Shown here: positions 60,195 to 64,000 of the stretch, in pieces
Numbering within the stretch: position 1 is the first letter of the stretch
Layout: each line of letters opens with the position of its first letter
Source of the DNA: an uncultured cyanobacterium
GTDB lineage: Bacteria; Cyanobacteriota; Cyanobacteriia; Cyanobacteriales; Nostocaceae
NCBI GenBank assembly: GCA_963740315.1
Contig: CAVUDP010000002.1
Location: 1,536,001 to 1,600,000, forward strand
Length of the DNA stretch: 64,000 nt
Direction of reading: 5' to 3'
Position numbers and translations under genes: made by a program
Notes under the pieces: model-generated
Told to the model about the DNA's origin: nothing
The model's input: only the letters and a program-made list of their open reading frames with translations
Database searches by the model: none

Positions 60195-61910
60195 ATGCAG
60201 GTTTATTGCACTCGAAATCACGTCAACTCTTCAAATCACCGCTTTTGTACTGTATGTGGCGAACCTTTGCCTCTTCCTTCTGGGGAGATTATTATCGATC
60301 GCTATAAAATTGTACGTCAACTTGGGCAAGGAGGTTTTGGACGTACTTATTTGGCGGAGGATATGCAGCAGTCGAATAAAAACTGCGTGCTGAAGGAGTT
60401 TGCACCGCAAGTCGAAGAAGATAAAGATTTAAGAAAAGCAAAAGAATTGTTTGAAAGGGAAGCGAGCGTACTAAAACAGCTTCAACATCCACAAATTCCC
60501 CGCTGTCACTGTTCGTTAGAGGTAAAGTTCTCCAATAAAGATTTATTCTTTTTGGTGCAAGATTATGTTGAAGGTGAAAATTATCAGGATTTATTAGAAA
60601 AACGACTCAATCAAGGAAGATGTTTTAGCGAACAAGAAGTATTTCATTTACTAACGCAAATTTTACCAGTATTGAGTTACATTCACTCAAAAGATGTAGT
60701 TCACCGCGACATTTCACCGGATAATTTAATTTTACGCACAACCGATAATTTACCAGTTTTGATTGATTTTGGGGGTGTCAAGCAATTACCGGCTTCTCAA
60801 GGATTATGGTTTACGCAATTACCTGTTAATCGCACGTTGTTGGGTAAAAAGGGTTACGCACCCGAAGAACAATTACGTCAAGGTAAAGCTTTTCACAGCA
60901 GCGATTTGTACTCGTTAGCAGTGACAATTTTGGTGCTACTTGCTGGGAAAGAACCGCAAAAACTTTACGATAGTTATCAAGGTAAATGGCGTTGGGGAGA
61001 AGAAATTAAAGTTAGTCCCAACTTTGAAGCGGTGTTGAGAAAGATGGTTGCTTATAAACCCAGCGAAAGATACCAAAACGCCGAAGAAGTTTTAAAAGAT
61101 TTACAGTCTTCTACTCCTGTTTCTACTCCTGCTAGTTCTAATGCCAATGCTAATATTAGCAAAATTCATACAGCTGTAATTGCTCCCGGACGTAATGCAG
61201 GTGCAATCGCGACTAAATTTCACAATCAAACTAACGCTTTTGCTCAAACAATCCATTTACCCGTTTGGATGCGTCCTTTTTTCGTTAGTTTGGTAAGTAC
61301 TAGCGTCATTGTTTTAGTTTTTGCGGGTACTTGGGCGGTAATTAGTGGAGTTATTAATGCTGTCACTTCGTTTTCCCTTCCTAGTGTTTCTTTACCGCAA
61401 TTACCGTCAGTTGAATTACCTAGTTTGCCAGGAGATAATAATTCCGACACGGGATTAAGCCGCCAAGAAACAAACAATATTGGCAAAATTGTACGGCAAC
61501 GTCAGCAGTTAGGAATACCCGAATTATTTTTTAATCGCACCGTAAATCAAATATTTTATACTCAAAATCCAGAAGCTCGCGGACGTACTTTAAGCAACAG
61601 TTCAAAAGACGAAACTTTGAGGAAGAAGTGGTACGGTATTGCCAAAAACTTGCTCGATAAGTTAGAACAAGCTAATCTCAGCACGCAAATTCGACAAAAA
61701 CTAGGAAGCTACAGCGGACGAGATTATGAAACTTGGGAAAAACAAGCGCGATCGGGAGAATTCGGTAATTATACTATTGAAGATTTAAACAGAGATACCA
61801 ACCGTAAGTTTGACAAATTATTTCCTGGGGAAAGACAGGGGAACCTTCAACAACAAACTTTTGGTCAAATTTGGTATGCGTTGGCGGATGAGGAAGTTAG
61901 TAAAAGATGA
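60195..61910 (+). CDS. Membrane Ser/Thr kinase with N-terminal zinc ribbon
   Basis: C…H.N….FC..CG, GQGGFG, HRDISPDN, IDFG, YAPEE, TM helix. Confidence 0.95.
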   Translation: MQVYCTRNHVNSSNHRFCTVCGEPLPLPSGEIIIDRYKIVRQLGQGGFGRTYLAEDMQQSNKNCVLKEFAPQVEEDKDLRKAKELFEREASVLKQLQHPQIPRCHCSLEVKFSNKDLFFLVQDYVEGENYQDLLEKRLNQGRCFSEQEVFHLLTQILPVLSYIHSKDVVHRDISPDNLILRTTDNLPVLIDFGGVKQLPASQGLWFTQLPVNRTLLGKKGYAPEEQLRQGKAFHSSDLYSLAVTILVLLAGKEPQKLYDSYQGKWRWGEEIKVSPNFEAVLRKMVAYKPSERYQNAEEVLKDLQSSTPVSTPASSNANANISKIHTAVIAPGRNAGAIATKFHNQTNAFAQTIHLPVWMRPFFVSLVSTSVIVLVFAGTWAVISGVINAVTSFSLPSVSLPQLPSVELPSLPGDNNSDTGLSRQETNNIGKIVRQRQQLGIPELFFNRTVNQIFYTQNPEARGRTLSNSSKDETLRKKWYGIAKNLLDKLEQANLSTQIRQKLGSYSGRDYETWEKQARSGEFGNYTIEDLNRDTNRKFDKLFPGERQGNLQQQTFGQIWYALADEEVSKR

Positions 61911-61916
61911 AATAAT

Positions 61917-61983
61917 CAGTTACCAGTTAGCAGTTACCAGTTAGCAGTTAGCAGTTACCAGTTAGCAGTTACCAGTTAGCAGC
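61917..61983. repeat. (ACCAGTT/AGCAGTT)n heptamer tract
   Basis: Read directly from the sequence. Confidence 0.9.
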
Positions 61984-62396
61984 TTGAATTTTTGCCAGCC
62001 CGGTGCGTTTAATAATTTATGACCTAAAGCAAGCAGGGTGAACGAAATTTGTTTGCTGCGACTGTAGTTTTATGAGTAATGAAAACAGTTTCAGTTGCTC
62101 AATTTTAAATTCTTAGTAGGCAACTCTTAAACTAATCTTCAAAACTATTTGAATTATTAAATAGTATATTTGTTTGTACCATGCATAAGTTATTGTGAAT
62201 AAAAACAATTTAGTATTTCTTCTTATCCACTGGGAACTCAAAGTCCCCGTTTAATAGCTGAAGACAAAATCATCTAGAAATGTCTAATTTATAACTCTAA
62301 TACAGCTGTAAATTGCGGTTTATTATGAGTGGCAAGATATTAATGCTCCCTAACTCATAACTCATAACTCCTAACTCTTAACTCCTAAACCCTCCC

Positions 62397-64000
62397 ATGA
62401 CATCCCTTAAATGCTCGAAAGGACATGAAAATCCTGCTGGTAGTCGCTTTTGTTTGCACTGCGGCGAAATGTTGCTTGATACTCCAGTAAACAAAGGTAT
62501 CCAAGCGGGACAAACTTTGAGCGATCGCTATTTAATAGTACGTCAGTTGGGACAGGGGGGATTTGGACGGACTTATTTAGCGGAAGATGTCAACCGTTTT
62601 CGCGAACTTTGTGTTTTAAAAGAATTTTCTCCTCAAGTTCAAACTGAGTACGTTTTACAAAAATCGGAAGAACTTTTTGAACGAGAAGCCAGCGTACTTT
62701 ATAAACTGCAACATCCCCAAATACCCCGCTTTCGCGAACTTTTGCGGCTCAGTATTGAAGATAAAGAATATTTATTTTTAGTCCAAGATTATGTCGAAGG
62801 AGAAAATTATCGTTATTTGTTAGATAATCGCCTCCAACAAGGGATGAAATTTAGCGAAACCGAAGTAAAGCAGCTATTACAGCAAATATTACCAGTATTA
62901 GATTATATTCATTCCCTGGGTGTAATTCACCGCGATATCTCACCCGATAACTTAATTTTTCGCAAAATTGACCAACTACCAGTATTAATAGACTTCGGCG
63001 GTGTCAAACAAGTCGTAGCAACCGTAGCTTCGCAATATTACGCACCCGGTAGCCCTCCAGCAACCCCAATTCCAACTTTACTGGGAAAAATTGGTTATGC
63101 TCCCCCAGAGCAAATGCAAACCGGGTTAGTGGAACCCCATAGCGATTTATACGCTTTGGCTGCAACAGCACTGGTTTTACTTACAGGTAAACAACCAGCA
63201 GAACTAATTGATAACTATAACCTGCAATGGCAGTGGCGACGGTTCGTTAATGTTAGTCCCGCATTTGGGGAAGTTTTAGATAAAATGTTATCCCCCGCAC
63301 CGAGAGAACGTTATCAAAGTGCCAACCAGGTTTTACAGGCGCTTAACCCTGCTCCGATTAATAACCCGCCACCACAAACACCACCAGCGCTACAGCCGCC
63401 ACAGCAGACAGAACAAACCTTTGCTGTCGCACCTGCCGCACAATCCGCTCCAACTCCCCAACCTAGAACCGTATCACCCGGTTTCTCCGAGCCTCAACCC
63501 AAATCTACTTGGTTTACACCGGGAAAAATCGCCCTGATATTTGTAGCCACGGTTGCTTTAGGCGGTTTAACCTACTTTGGCGTATCTCAGATAACATCCC
63601 GGCAAGACCCTACACCTACAGTAACGCCGACATCAACAGAACCCCCAGTAGACCCGAAATTTTCCGCAGAAGAACGGAGACGTAAAGAAAGACTAAAAGC
63701 ACGTCGCGAACAACTGGGTATAGACTTTAACTTTTATGTCAAACTAGTTAACCAAAGATTTTGGGAAAAAAACCCCAGCTTAAGCGGGCGGATCTTGAGC
63801 GACGAACCCGAAGACGCAGACCTCCGCGCCCAATGGGATAGAACAGCAAGCGAATTGCTCAACAAGATGTCAGTCCTGAGTTCCGACGCTCGCCGCCGAC
63901 TGGGAACATTTACCGCCGCAGACCGCGATCGCTGGAAAGTCAGAATCAACAATATTAACGTCAGCAGCCGTTCGGTATACGACTTAGCCGACGTGCCATT
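62397..64000 (+). CDS. Membrane Ser/Thr kinase with N-terminal zinc ribbon (runs off the window; not in the ORF track)
   Basis: MTSLKCSKGHENPAGSRFCLHCG…LGQGGFGRTYLA…HRDISPDN…DFGG…YAPPEQ, Pro-rich linker, TM helix. Confidence 0.95.
   Translation, partial: MTSLKCSKGHENPAGSRFCLHCGEMLLDTPVNKGIQAGQTLSDRYLIVRQLGQGGFGRTYLAEDVNRFRELCVLKEFSPQVQTEYVLQKSEELFEREASVLYKLQHPQIPRFRELLRLSIEDKEYLFLVQDYVEGENYRYLLDNRLQQGMKFSETEVKQLLQQILPVLDYIHSLGVIHRDISPDNLIFRKIDQLPVLIDFGGVKQVVATVASQYYAPGSPPATPIPTLLGKIGYAPPEQMQTGLVEPHSDLYALAATALVLLTGKQPAELIDNYNLQWQWRRFVNVSPAFGEVLDKMLSPAPRERYQSANQVLQALNPAPINNPPPQTPPALQPPQQTEQTFAVAPAAQSAPTPQPRTVSPGFSEPQPKSTWFTPGKIALIFVATVALGGLTYFGVSQITSRQDPTPTVTPTSTEPPVDPKFSAEERRRKERLKARREQLGIDFNFYVKLVNQRFWEKNPSLSGRILSDEPEDADLRAQWDRTASELLNKMSVLSSDARRRLGTFTAADRDRWKVRINNINVSSRSVYDLADVP

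Overview
AT-rich chromosomal window from a cyanobacterium. Frequent HIP1 GCGATCGC octamers, heptamer/octamer tandem repeats and the gene set suggest a filamentous Nostocales-type organism (inference). Housekeeping genes: ftsH, gltX with tRNA-Asp, glgB, ftsI with an upstream FtsL-like gene, cobO, a group 2 sigma factor, an RRM protein and three Ser/Thr kinases. Accessory or unusual content: (1) an OmpR/CusR-type two-component locus where one 16-bp palindrome (ATTACA-N4-TGTAAT) recurs in three consecutive intergenic regions, ahead of a YHYH protein, a small secreted protein ending in a cationic two-Cys hairpin and a secreted four-repeat protein; (2) a NemR-like detox operon with two identical operators; (3) an ADP-ribosylglycohydrolase gene fused to a putative ADP-ribosyltransferase-like domain that is split by an IS630 element and restores exactly in frame when the IS is removed; (4) a tnpA-less tnpB element with a divergent ribbon-helix-helix gene, inserted upstream of a HerA-like ATPase; (5) a DUF433/DUF5615 toxin-antitoxin pair with a frameshifted toxin; (6) an unannotated 52-aa lipoprotein; (7) several dispersed-repeat families, including a recurrent bipartite G-octamer/heptamer element. 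No CRISPR array or rRNA was found. All product calls come from motif recognition by eye, not database searches.
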